Shown piece by piece: positions 43,370 to 51,722 of a DNA stretch of 64,000 bases (within the stretch, counting starts at the first letter, position 1; each line of letters starts with the position of its first letter). Source of the DNA: a virus (lineage: Duplodnaviria; Heunggongvirae; Uroviricota; Caudoviricetes; Herelleviridae); IMG/VR virus record IMGVR_UViG_2706795462_000001. One strand, given 5' to 3'. Under the pieces are notes generated by a model. It saw only the letters and a list, made by a program, of their open reading frames with translations. It made no database searches and had not been told where the DNA came from. The position numbers and the translations under genes were made by a program.

Positions 43370-43740
43370 TAGAATGTTATAAATATGTGATAATTAAGTA
43401 TAAATATACGTTATATAGAAAGTTTTCATAATGTTTTTAATACAGAAACTAGTTAAGTTTTTTACACTTGTCCTAGTTTCTGTGAAATTATATTTATGAA
43501 AAGTTAAAATATCTTTTAGGTAAAGGCTTTGTAAATAGTTAAAAAATATATTAAAATTTTATACAAAGTAGTTAATAAAATTATATTACATTTATATATT
43601 ATGAAATAATAACAGAAATTGTGATATATTATATAGTGTAACCTTGAAACAGTTGATGTTGTAGGGTTTGTTTATGTTCGTTAAACTGGTTTCAGAACAT
43701 CAGTTACCATAAATAAATGACAGTTAAGGAGAGCTATATA
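43370..43740. other. Largest non-coding gap: AT-rich with inverted repeats and a structured 3' segment
   Basis: ACAGAAACTAG (43442-43452)/CTAGTTTCTGT (43473-43483); repeated AGTTAA; complementary blocks within 43638-43717. Confidence 0.7.
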
Positions 43741-44472
43741 ATGGCTAGAAAAAAGAATTTACGAAATAAAAACAGTGATATAAAAGTTGTTCCTGATAAA
43801 GAAAAAGAAAGTATATTATCTAAGCTATACCATAATAAATTACTACGCTCAAAGGTAGATAATGCTTTAGATGAAGATATGAGTTATGATGATATTATAG
43901 AACTATGTAAAGAATATGATTTAGAATTGTCTAAATCAGCTATTACAAGATACAAAAGTAAAAGAAAAGAAGCTATTGAAAATGGTTGGGATTTAGGAGA
44001 ATTAATTGATAAACGTAAAAAAACAAGCGTAAAAGATATTAAGGAAAAAGAAACTCCTATATTAGAAGAGGAGCAACTTTCTCCATTTGAACAATCAAAA
44101 CATCACACACAAACAATCTATGATGATATTCAAGTACTAGATATGATTATTTCTAAAGGTGCAAAAGGATTAGAATTTGTGGAAACTTTAGACCCTGCTT
44201 TAATGATACGTGCAATGGAAACTAAAGATAAGATTACCGGAAACCAATTAAAAGGTATGTCATTTATTGGACTTAGAGAATTACAATTAAAACAAACAGC
44301 TCAAGATACGGCTATGAGTGAAGTATTATTAGAGTTTATACCTGAAGAAAAACATGAAGAGGTATTACAACGATTAGAAGAACTACAAAATGAATTCTAC
44401 AAAAATCTAGATTTAGATGAAGAAAGTAGAAAATTAAAAGAAGCTCTTGATAGAGTAGGCTATACAATTTAG
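43741..44472 (+). CDS. 243-aa DNA-binding protein with an HTH-like N-terminus (DUF3486/TerS-like, tentative)
   Basis: YDDIIELCKEYDLELSKSAITRY; RBS AAGGAG before ATG 43741. Confidence 0.55.
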   Translation: MARKKNLRNKNSDIKVVPDKEKESILSKLYHNKLLRSKVDNALDEDMSYDDIIELCKEYDLELSKSAITRYKSKRKEAIENGWDLGELIDKRKKTSVKDIKEKETPILEEEQLSPFEQSKHHTQTIYDDIQVLDMIISKGAKGLEFVETLDPALMIRAMETKDKITGNQLKGMSFIGLRELQLKQTAQDTAMSEVLLEFIPEEKHEEVLQRLEELQNEFYKNLDLDEESRKLKEALDRVGYTI

Positions 44473-44489
44473 ATAGTGAGGTTAGAGTA

Positions 44490-44948
44490 ATGGCAGATGA
44501 GATTAGTTTAAATCCAATACAAGATGCTAAGCCAATTGATGATATAGTAGATATCATGACATACTTAAAAAACGGAAAAGTACTGAGAGTTAAACAAGAC
44601 AACCAAGGGGATATCCTTGTTAGAATGAGTCCAGGGAAACATAAATTTACTGAAGTATCTAGAGACTTGGATAAAGAATCATTCTACTATAAAAGACATT
44701 GGGTTCTCTATAATGTATCTGTTAACTCTCTTATAACATTTGATGTTTACCTAGATGAAGAATATTCAGAAACAGCTAAGGTTAAGTATCCTAAAGATAC
44801 TATTGTAGAATATACAAGAGAAGACCAAGAAAAAGATGTTGCTATGATTAAAGAAATACTTACAGATAATAATGGTAATTATTTCTATGCACTTACAGGA
44901 GAAACAATGCTCTTTGATGAAAATAAATTAAATAAAGTTAAAGATTAG
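44490..44948 (+). CDS. Hypothetical protein (152 aa)
   Basis: RBS GAGG. Confidence 0.8.
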   Translation: MADEISLNPIQDAKPIDDIVDIMTYLKNGKVLRVKQDNQGDILVRMSPGKHKFTEVSRDLDKESFYYKRHWVLYNVSVNSLITFDVYLDEEYSETAKVKYPKDTIVEYTREDQEKDVAMIKEILTDNNGNYFYALTGETMLFDENKLNKVKD

Positions 44949-44950
44949 GG

Positions 44951-44979
44951 TTGACAGTTCTGAAAGTATATGATATAGT
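44951..44979 (+). promoter_or_regulatory. sigmaA-type promoter
   Basis: TTGACA-N17-TATAGT with TG. Confidence 0.85.
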
Positions 44980-45012
44980 ATATGTATACTAAAAATAAAG
45001 GAGCTAACAATT

Positions 45013-45456
45013 ATGTTTATTTCATTAAATCAAGAAGAGAAAGAATTATTAACTAAAGAGGAAAACAAGTATACACCATTAGAAACATCAAGAGAGTTTA
45101 ACACACCTAAAGAAGAATTCATTGTAACAAGTTATAATGAAGGTAAACCTTTAGATTACATTGCAAAAGAAGCTAAAGTAAGTATGGGATTAATTTACAC
45201 AGTCTTAAACTACTATAAAGTAGGTAAGCGTAACAAGAAATCACCAGTAGAAGAAAGAATTGCACATATCTTAAAGGATAAAGATTTAGTTAAAGAGATT
45301 ATTAAGGATTACCAGTATATGAATTTACAGGACATTTATAGTAAATATAATCTTCATAAGAATGGTTTATATTACATCTTGGATTTATACCATGTGGAAA
45401 GAAAATCTGAACTTAAGGACAAAGCATTGGAAGAGGATAATATTGTCGTTGAGTAA
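45013..45456 (+). CDS. Tandem-HTH DNA-binding protein (147 aa), putative
   Basis: Two repeats: LDYIAKEAKVSMGLIYTVLNYY and LQDIYSKYNLHKNGLYYILDLY. Confidence 0.6.
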   Translation: MFISLNQEEKELLTKEENKYTPLETSREFNTPKEEFIVTSYNEGKPLDYIAKEAKVSMGLIYTVLNYYKVGKRNKKSPVEERIAHILKDKDLVKEIIKDYQYMNLQDIYSKYNLHKNGLYYILDLYHVERKSELKDKALEEDNIVVE

Positions 45457-45472
45457 GTAAAGAGGTTATAAT

Positions 45473-46176
45473 ATGAGAAATAAAAAATCATTTCAAGAGC
45501 AATTAAATGACATGCGTAATAAAGAGAAATGGGTATCTGAAGAGGAGTTCACTGAAGAAGTGACTCCTTCTGAAGAACCTGAAGTAGAAGAAGAAAAGTT
45601 ATATACTTTAAATGAGTTAAAAGAAAATTTATTGGATGCTCAGGGATTAAAAGATGTTGTCGATAATTTTCCTGCATCTAAGCCAGTATATGAATCTAAT
45701 AAGCTTTATATTTGTACAATACCAAAAGGATATCGTTCTACAGAAGTACAACCAGGTCAATATATTGGTATCAGTACAGGGTTATTATCAGAATCAGAAG
45801 ATTTTAGTCATTTAAGAGGTCAAATGCCTAGAAATCTTTATGAACTTCTCATGTTTTAAAACCTTTAGTACGTATTAATAATACAAATCTCGAATATCAA
45901 CAGCATGAGTTACTTGAAGATATTAAAGATGACAAGAAGATATATGATGTTGAATTAGAAGACCTGAGGTTAGTAACAGGAGAAGAAATATCCCATTTAG
46001 AAATTGTCGATAGTAAGTTTTTTGAAAGTCGTATTAATGAAATTCTCGACCGCTATACTGAATTAACGGATTCCGATGATTTGCTTATATACTATAGTAA
46101 ATTACGAGAATTAGTAGGCAGTGACAAAATGATTTATTGCTCACTTCTAGATAAATGTGTTAAAATTATAGATTAA
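45473..46176 (+). CDS. Hypothetical protein, 234 aa if one A is restored at about 45844
   Basis: The shifted frame continues ...HVLKPLVRINNTNLEY...KCVKIID to TAA 46176 with no independent start. Confidence 0.75.
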
Positions 46177-46182
46177 TAGTTA

Positions 46183-46222
46183 GTCTCCTCTTATATTATA
46201 ACTGTAAGAGGAGACATTTTTT
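46183..46222 (+). terminator. Terminator hairpin with a late-promoter-like CTTATATTA at the stem/loop
   Basis: GTCTCCTCTTA/TAAGAGGAGAC followed by A and T6. Confidence 0.7.
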
Positions 46223-46237
46223 ATAGAGGTGTTAATT

Positions 46238-46636
46238 ATGTCAAGAAAAGCAAGTATATTCTATATACTAGTAGTTATTGTTTTGGCTTTTTCTATTTCA
46301 TCTTATTATATATCTTCTTTCATGTATCACGACAAAGCAAAGAATGAAGTCTCTACTGAGTTATCAAACACGGGAAAGATTAAAGAAGAAAAGAACGTAG
46401 AATTTGTCGGTGACTATACACTTAAAAAAGTGGAAAATAATAAAGCTTACTTTATGGAAACATTACCTACTTACCTACCCGGTAGAACAGGAGATAACAG
46501 CATAGATATGAGGTACTACAAAACAAGTAGATTTAAAGAAGGGGTAAATTTCAAGCTTATTAGGGTATATACTGAAGATGGGGAAGATAATCCAATTCAT
46601 AAGTATAGGTTTGAAGCAGTACCAACCAAAAAGTAA
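46238..46636 (+). CDS. N-terminally membrane-anchored protein (132 aa)
   Basis: Hydrophobic N-terminus; RBS AGAGGTG. Confidence 0.8.
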   Translation: MSRKASIFYILVVIVLAFSISSYYISSFMYHDKAKNEVSTELSNTGKIKEEKNVEFVGDYTLKKVENNKAYFMETLPTYLPGRTGDNSIDMRYYKTSRFKEGVNFKLIRVYTEDGEDNPIHKYRFEAVPTKK

Positions 46637-46652
46637 TAAGGAGGTGACTTAA

Positions 46653-46715
46653 ATGACAACATTAATTGTCGTCATCTTTATTGCTATCATTTATTACTTA
46701 TGGAACAGTGATTGA
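46653..46715 (+). CDS. 20-aa hydrophobic peptide MTTLIVVIFIAIIYYLWNSD
   Basis: Strong RBS AAGGAGGTGA 5 nt upstream of the ATG. Confidence 0.7.
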   Translation: MTTLIVVIFIAIIYYLWNSD

Positions 46716-46757
46716 GTCAAGTTAATTCTTGACTCTCTTTTTGTTTTATGGTATATT
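46714..46757 (+). promoter_or_regulatory. Terminator-promoter module, copy 2 (TTGACT 46729, TATATT 46752)
   Basis: GAGTCAAG/CTTGACTC; near-duplicate of 40721-40765. Confidence 0.8.
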
Positions 46758-46782
46758 AATATATAGAAAGGAGAGATTAATT

Positions 46783-47025
46783 ATGGAAATGGCAGATTTA
46801 GAAAGATTTGATACGTTTGTAAGATTAGTTTCAGACGATGAGCTTTCGGAGGAAAGAATATTAGAATTGAGTGTAGACTTATTAAATCCGATACTAGAAG
46901 GAGGTACAGCTTACCAAGCTAAAAAACGCATTAGAAGTAAGTTCGGTAAAATAGAAGCAAAAAACTTTAAAAGAAATTATAAATTCTTACTCAAGTCGAT
47001 AGCTCAAATAGACCAAGGGAGATAG
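46783..47025 (+). CDS. Hypothetical protein (80 aa)
   Basis: RBS AAAGGAG before ATG 46783. Confidence 0.8.
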   Translation: MEMADLERFDTFVRLVSDDELSEERILELSVDLLNPILEGGTAYQAKKRIRSKFGKIEAKNFKRNYKFLLKSIAQIDQGR

Positions 47026-47029
47026 GACA

Positions 47030-47587
47030 ATGACAGAAAGGGAAAAGTTAGTTAAAGAGATTGAAGATGCTAATAGGGACATACAATTAAGGTTAAAAGA
47101 AGTAGATGATTATAAGGATAGTATACGTTCTAAAGGAACAAGAAACTATGTATCTACTAAGGTATTAGATTCAGTTATGGTAGGGCTAATTATAAGTTTC
47201 TTTATTCTTGTAATGTTACGTGTACTTGAATATTTTGTAACAGGTAATGCTGTTTATTCACCTTTAGCGCCTGCAGTTATTATTATGTTTGTTTTAGCCT
47301 TAGGTACATGGAAAGTAAGTAAAATGAATAAAATAGTATCCTACAGGGGAACTATTAAAATGTATTGGGAATTAAGTAATGCTGAGCAGAACCAAGCTAA
47401 GATATTTAAGTATCCTAATGATGAAGTAGATATCGTATCAAAACATAACTTAAGACAAATAACTTTTAGTGAGATTAATATCCTTCATCTTAAATATATG
47501 AGATATAATAAGGCAGTAGAACAGCATACTAAGTTATCTAAAGAACTTTTTAAAAAAGATAAAGAAACTGTTGACAAGAACAAATAA
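47030..47587 (+). CDS. Membrane protein (185 aa, 2 TM)
   Basis: Two central hydrophobic helices. Confidence 0.8.
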   Translation: MTEREKLVKEIEDANRDIQLRLKEVDDYKDSIRSKGTRNYVSTKVLDSVMVGLIISFFILVMLRVLEYFVTGNAVYSPLAPAVIIMFVLALGTWKVSKMNKIVSYRGTIKMYWELSNAEQNQAKIFKYPNDEVDIVSKHNLRQITFSEINILHLKYMRYNKAVEQHTKLSKELFKKDKETVDKNK

Positions 47588-47599
47588 GTGTAGTATAGT
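47571..47599 (+). promoter_or_regulatory. sigmaA-type promoter overlapping the upstream gene end
   Basis: TTGACA-N17-TATAGT. Confidence 0.8.
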
Positions 47600-47622
47600 A
47601 TTACTAAAGGAGGAGAGATATT

Positions 47623-47799
47623 ATGGTTATACCTAGTATTAAAGCACAAAACAAATTCAAGAATGAATTAGAGTATTATAAGCAAGGTCACATTAGTGAA
47701 AGTAAAATGTTAGAATTAGCTTTTGATTACATCCAAGAACTAGAACAAAATAATGAATACGTTACTAATTTGCTAGAAGAGGAGAGATATGGTGAGTAA
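47623..47799 (+). CDS. Hypothetical protein (58 aa, MVIPSIKAQNKFKNELEYYK...)
   Basis: RBS AAAGGAGGAG; not in the ORF track. Confidence 0.8.
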   Translation: MVIPSIKAQNKFKNELEYYKQGHISESKMLELAFDYIQELEQNNEYVTNLLEEERYGE

Positions 47800-48040
47800 A
47801 TTTATCGGAGTGTACTTATTTAATTTATTAGTAGTAGCACTAATTTATACAATAGGATTTTTATTCTTTTACGGTGTAGCTAGTTTAGTTATTATTATAA
47901 CTCATGCCACTATTGACCCGTTTGTATTAGCTACTTTCTTAGGAATAGGATTCTTAGTTATTAGAACTGCACACAGAATCATGGCACGAGTAATTAATGA
48001 TGCAGTAGCCCAAGCCATTAAGGATAAAGAAAATGAATAA
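47789..48040 (+). CDS. Membrane protein (83 aa)
   Basis: Two TM helices. Confidence 0.8.
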   Translation: MVSKFIGVYLFNLLVVALIYTIGFLFFYGVASLVIIITHATIDPFVLATFLGIGFLVIRTAHRIMARVINDAVAQAIKDKENE

Positions 48041-48266
48041 AGGGGAATTTATTATGGATAAAACATTACCAAAGTTTAGTGTATATGAAGTTATTGTAAA
48101 GACTGTAATTATGACACCAACAGAAGGAAGTTCTGACCGAGAATCATTTTACTTTTCAACCCAAGAGTTAGCAGAAAGATTTGTTAAAGAAAACCAAGTA
48201 GAAACAAAAGATGGGAAACGTGTATCTTTTTCTATTAAAGAACGTAAAGTAAATCAACCAGGCTAA
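48033..48266 (+). CDS. Hypothetical protein (77 aa)
   Basis: ORF overlapping the upstream stop. Confidence 0.75.
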   Translation: MNKGEFIMDKTLPKFSVYEVIVKTVIMTPTEGSSDRESFYFSTQELAERFVKENQVETKDGKRVSFSIKERKVNQPG

Positions 48267-48318
48267 CATTAATTTGTTAGCTTTTTTTATTGACAAATCA
48301 TTTTATATAGTGTATAGT
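48262..48318 (+). promoter_or_regulatory. Terminator followed by a sigmaA promoter (TTGACA 48290, TATAGT 48313)
   Basis: GCTAACA/TGTTAGC + T7; 17-nt spacer. Confidence 0.85.
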
Positions 48319-48346
48319 AATATTATACAGAAAAGGAGGAATTATT

Positions 48347-48991
48347 ATGAAAGTTTCAGAAGAAGTAAAACAGAGCTACTTAGAGAATAAAGCTAATACT
48401 AAAATGGATAAGATAAGTTGGTCTGAGTTAAGGTCTAGTCCTGCAGGTATTACCTTAGGTGATATTATATTTTATAGTGTAGTTATTATAGATAATATTA
48501 TAGCTATTATTCTAACTTTAGCCTTAATAGGTACTATTACTGACTCAATTGAGAGTACTATAGCTCAAATAATTGTAGGGATGTTCATAATCATTACTGT
48601 ATATGGAATACTATCGGCTTTAATACCTATACTAATATTTAAATCTGTATTTCCTGGATGGAGATATACTGAATGGAATGAATCCTACTACATCAGATTA
48701 CCTGGAGAAGATAACTATAAATATTATAGTAAATGGTATTTAGATTTATTAGGGGTTAAAGAATTTTATTATAAAAGAGACAGTGGAGAAGAAGTTAAAG
48801 AAACAAATATATCATGGGCTTTCCAAGCTGAAGTAAAAAGACCTGAGGATATTGACCATTGGAAAAATCAATTAATAACTAATAGACCTTTAACTATTTC
48901 TGAGTACAAAAAACTAAAGAAACTAGATAAAGAAAGTGAAATTAGAAAACAAGAAGATTTAGAAGAATATAAACAATACAATAGTAATTAA
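48347..48991 (+). CDS. Membrane protein (214 aa)
   Basis: Two TM helices plus a soluble C-terminus; RBS AAAGGAGG. Confidence 0.8.
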   Translation: MKVSEEVKQSYLENKANTKMDKISWSELRSSPAGITLGDIIFYSVVIIDNIIAIILTLALIGTITDSIESTIAQIIVGMFIIITVYGILSALIPILIFKSVFPGWRYTEWNESYYIRLPGEDNYKYYSKWYLDLLGVKEFYYKRDSGEEVKETNISWAFQAEVKRPEDIDHWKNQLITNRPLTISEYKKLKKLDKESEIRKQEDLEEYKQYNSN

Positions 48992-49006
48992 AGAGGTGAA
49001 AAACCA

Positions 49007-49255
49007 ATGATAAGTTCATTTGATAGTGTATTACTTGTAATATACATTATTATAGCTTTTGCAGTAGCTATGGCAATACTTTATTTAGTATTTAAGGGTT
49101 TGACTCTTTTACTAGATAAATTAATGATGATGTTATTAAGTAAAACTACTTTAGATGTAGAAGCTTGCTCTATGATAATGGCAGTTATCAGTACAATTGT
49201 GTTTGGAATTATTGTACTTTTAATATGGTTAGCAGTAAACAATATTTTATTATAA
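49007..49255 (+). CDS. Membrane protein (82 aa)
   Basis: Two TM helices. Confidence 0.8.
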   Translation: MISSFDSVLLVIYIIIAFAVAMAILYLVFKGLTLLLDKLMMMLLSKTTLDVEACSMIMAVISTIVFGIIVLLIWLAVNNILL

Positions 49256-49266
49256 GGAGTTTTACT

Positions 49267-49444
49267 ATGGATTTTAATGACTTTATAAACAGTGAATCAG
49301 ATAGGGTAGGTAAACCTAAACAAAAGAAGAAGGTAGAAAATAAACTACCTTCTTCTACTCCTATTGAAGAGAAGGAAAAAAATGTTGAAAAGAATAAGAG
49401 AAAAATCATTATACATTGATTTAAGGAGAAAAAGAAATGACTAA
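49267..49444 (+). CDS. Basic 58-aa protein (MDFNDFINSESDRVGK...), apparent +1 A in the run 49376-49382
   Basis: RBS AAGGAG; the corrected frame ends ...YIDLRRKRND and overlaps the next ATG. Confidence 0.65.
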
Positions 49445-49733
49445 AGAAACAAATGTACTTTACAAAGATAAGTATAGAGATTATACTATAGTTGTAAGAC
49501 TAGCAGGTAATATTATTGTTACTGAAGTAGATAAGAAGCATAAAACAAAATTTTCACCTATTATATTTGATAATGGTCGAGAAGGTGTAGAGCTTGTAAT
49601 GCGTATCGGCTCAGAAGAACTTGATATGAAAAAACTTAGAGAATTTACTAAAGAGGTATCAACAGCTCAGAAAGCTTTAGAATATTTTAATAAAAAACTT
49701 TACATTAAAGGCTTGACAGATGAAGCCTTTTAA
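49437..49733 (+). CDS. Hypothetical protein (98 aa)
   Basis: RBS AAGGAG. Confidence 0.8.
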   Translation: MTKETNVLYKDKYRDYTIVVRLAGNIIVTEVDKKHKTKFSPIIFDNGREGVELVMRIGSEELDMKKLREFTKEVSTAQKALEYFNKKLYIKGLTDEAF

Positions 49734-49741
49734 TATATACT
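49713..49741 (+). promoter_or_regulatory. sigmaA-type promoter
   Basis: TTGACA-N17-TATACT; flanked by GGCTT/AAGCC. Confidence 0.8.
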
Positions 49742-49779
49742 AAGATTATAAATAAAAAAAGAAAAGAGGAATGATTATT

Positions 49780-49962
49780 ATGTTATTAGGAATTTTATGG
49801 TTTATATGGGGATTTGTATCTTACTTTGTAGTGATGTTTGGGATTGAGTTTTGGAAAGATAGATGGATGCCTGGAGTTATAGGTGCAGGAGCCTTATTAC
49901 TATTCTTATTTTGGATTATGAAGTCTATTCATAATGCTATGACAGTAGTTTACTTGTATTAG
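49780..49962 (+). CDS. Membrane protein (60 aa)
   Basis: Two TM helices; RBS spacing favours ATG 49780. Confidence 0.75.
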   Translation: MLLGILWFIWGFVSYFVVMFGIEFWKDRWMPGVIGAGALLLFLFWIMKSIHNAMTVVYLY

Positions 49963-49974
49963 GAGGTAATATAG

Positions 49975-50343
49975 ATGAATATATTAGTTATCCATTATGA
50001 AGAAACAAATAAACGAGTTCTAAAAGAAACAATAAAAACAATACAAAATCATTTAAATGATGAACATGGTTTGGTTAAAATGACAACAACAAGACTTAGT
50101 AGAAAAGCCATAGAAGAAGAGTTTAATGATTACAATATAGTTATTGCAGAAAATGACCCTGATAGTTTTTACAGCTACTCAGATGCAGTAGACGATGTAG
50201 ATTTTGTTATAGATATACCAATTTCATATTTAGATATACATGCAGGTGTAGAGTGGGATGTTGATAATCCTGTAGATATGCTAGATAGGAACCCTGATTT
50301 TATAGAAGCTATGAATCAATTAAACGAGGACTTAATGTTATAA
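49975..50343 (+). CDS. Acidic hypothetical protein (122 aa)
   Basis: RBS AGGAGG. Confidence 0.8.
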   Translation: MNILVIHYEETNKRVLKETIKTIQNHLNDEHGLVKMTTTRLSRKAIEEEFNDYNIVIAENDPDSFYSYSDAVDDVDFVIDIPISYLDIHAGVEWDVDNPVDMLDRNPDFIEAMNQLNEDLML

Positions 50344-50355
50344 GGAGGAAATAAA

Positions 50356-50704
50356 ATGTTAAATGAAAAACTAAAAAAATTTAGAAGATACGAAAGTGTA
50401 TATGATTAATAGTATTGCAAGTTTACTAAGTGCAAGTACAGGTAAATCAAGTAAAGTATTTTTTGATGAAGGAACTATTAAAATTGTAAGTGGTGATACA
50501 AAAGCAGTAGAAGTTATTGATAATTTAGTTCACCCTCATTCAGGACGTTTACCTATTAAAACAACAGAACGTATTGCTCTTGGTAGACTAACAGATTCTT
50601 TACAGTTTGTTATTTCAGAAATAGAGTCGGTTAAAGACCAAATTATAGATGAAGAAAATGAAGCTTACATTGATTTTGTAATGGAAGACTGGAATTGGGA
50701 TTAA
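50356..50704 (+). CDS. Hypothetical protein, 115 aa if one A is removed from the A7 run at 50373-50379
   Basis: RBS AAGGAGG before ATG 50356; corrected N-terminus MLNEKLKNLEDTKVYMINS. Confidence 0.75.
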
Positions 50705-50982
50705 TGCCTATGGACTTAATGACAATAGCTTCTGTTGCCTTTATAGCTGTCGTTATTATTGATTTAATTAATGATGATATGAGCTATATGTTAACTGGTA
50801 CTGCAATATTAATAAACATTTGGGCAGGTTTTTATGGGTGGTTCTTTTTACTACAAGCAGGTATGCTACTTTTCTTACTCTTAGCTAGAAAAGTTAAAGA
50901 TGATAAGGAATCAATACTATACTCAGGTGCTTCGTTAATATGTGCATTAGGGATGATAATAAATCTTCTTATATTTTCTTAA
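50704..50982 (+). CDS. Membrane protein (92 aa)
   Basis: Three or four hydrophobic helices; TAATG overlap. Confidence 0.75.
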   Translation: MPMDLMTIASVAFIAVVIIDLINDDMSYMLTGTAILINIWAGFYGWFFLLQAGMLLFLLLARKVKDDKESILYSGASLICALGMIINLLIFS

Positions 50983-50991
50983 AAATAAGTG

Positions 50992-51020
50992 TTGACACTT
51001 CTAAACTTTTGTATTATACT
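50992..51020 (+). promoter_or_regulatory. sigmaA-type promoter; -35 lies within the palindrome AAGTGTTGACACTT
   Basis: TTGACA-N17-TATACT. Confidence 0.85.
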
Positions 51021-51051
51021 ATAAGTATAACAAGTACAGGAGATGATTAAT

Positions 51052-51357
51052 ATGAGTAAAGAAACAATTAGAAGACAATTTTCAAACGCAATTGAGATTA
51101 TGGCAACAACTAAAGAATGGTGGAATTTTCCTAAAAGTTTTAATACAAGTAAAGAGTTTAAAATTAAAACTTTTAAAAATGACACACTTGTATTTGAAGT
51201 TCGAGAAGGTAATAGAAACTTAGGAAGCTTTGTAGTTTTCACATGTATTGATTTTGATTATGATAAACTTGAAGGAACTTCAACACAGTATATGATTAAT
51301 TACTTTGCTAAGAAATTAACTAAAGATATGTTTAACTATCATAAGTTACAACTATAG
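51052..51357 (+). CDS. Hypothetical protein (101 aa)
   Basis: RBS AGGAG. Confidence 0.8.
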   Translation: MSKETIRRQFSNAIEIMATTKEWWNFPKSFNTSKEFKIKTFKNDTLVFEVREGNRNLGSFVVFTCIDFDYDKLEGTSTQYMINYFAKKLTKDMFNYHKLQL

Positions 51358-51371
51358 TAGGAGGTGGAAAG

Positions 51372-51722
51372 ATGAGAGAGGAATTAAAACCTTTTAATAG
51401 AAAACAAGTTAATGTTAAAGGGTACTTAGATGATGTTAAGTACTCAAAGCGTAGAAGACATAAAGGTAATCAACATGGCTGTGTAAAAATAACAGTTACT
51501 GATGTAAAGATTAATGGTATATCTATTGACCATGTTAATATTGAAGTTGGAATTTCTTTTTACGAAAAACTAAAGGAATTACAGGGAAAAAGAATTCAAT
51601 TTGTAGGTACTGTCTACAAATACGTTAAACATGCTAGAGGTCATAAAGGTAGAATTAAAGGATTTTATAAAGAGGATTATAGTGTAACTTTGGATAAGAA
51701 GTTACAAAAGGAGGAAAAATAA
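51372..51722 (+). CDS. Basic hypothetical protein (116 aa), OB-fold-like
   Basis: Beta-rich and basic; RBS AGGAGGTG. Confidence 0.75.
   Translation: MREELKPFNRKQVNVKGYLDDVKYSKRRRHKGNQHGCVKITVTDVKINGISIDHVNIEVGISFYEKLKELQGKRIQFVGTVYKYVKHARGHKGRIKGFYKEDYSVTLDKKLQKEEK

Noticed and set aside
43370-43740. tRNA or hidden protein-coding gene in the large gap
   Set aside because: No cloverleaf or T-loop consensus and no credible ORF with an RBS; the ATG at 43717 overlaps the true RBS of the 43741 gene.
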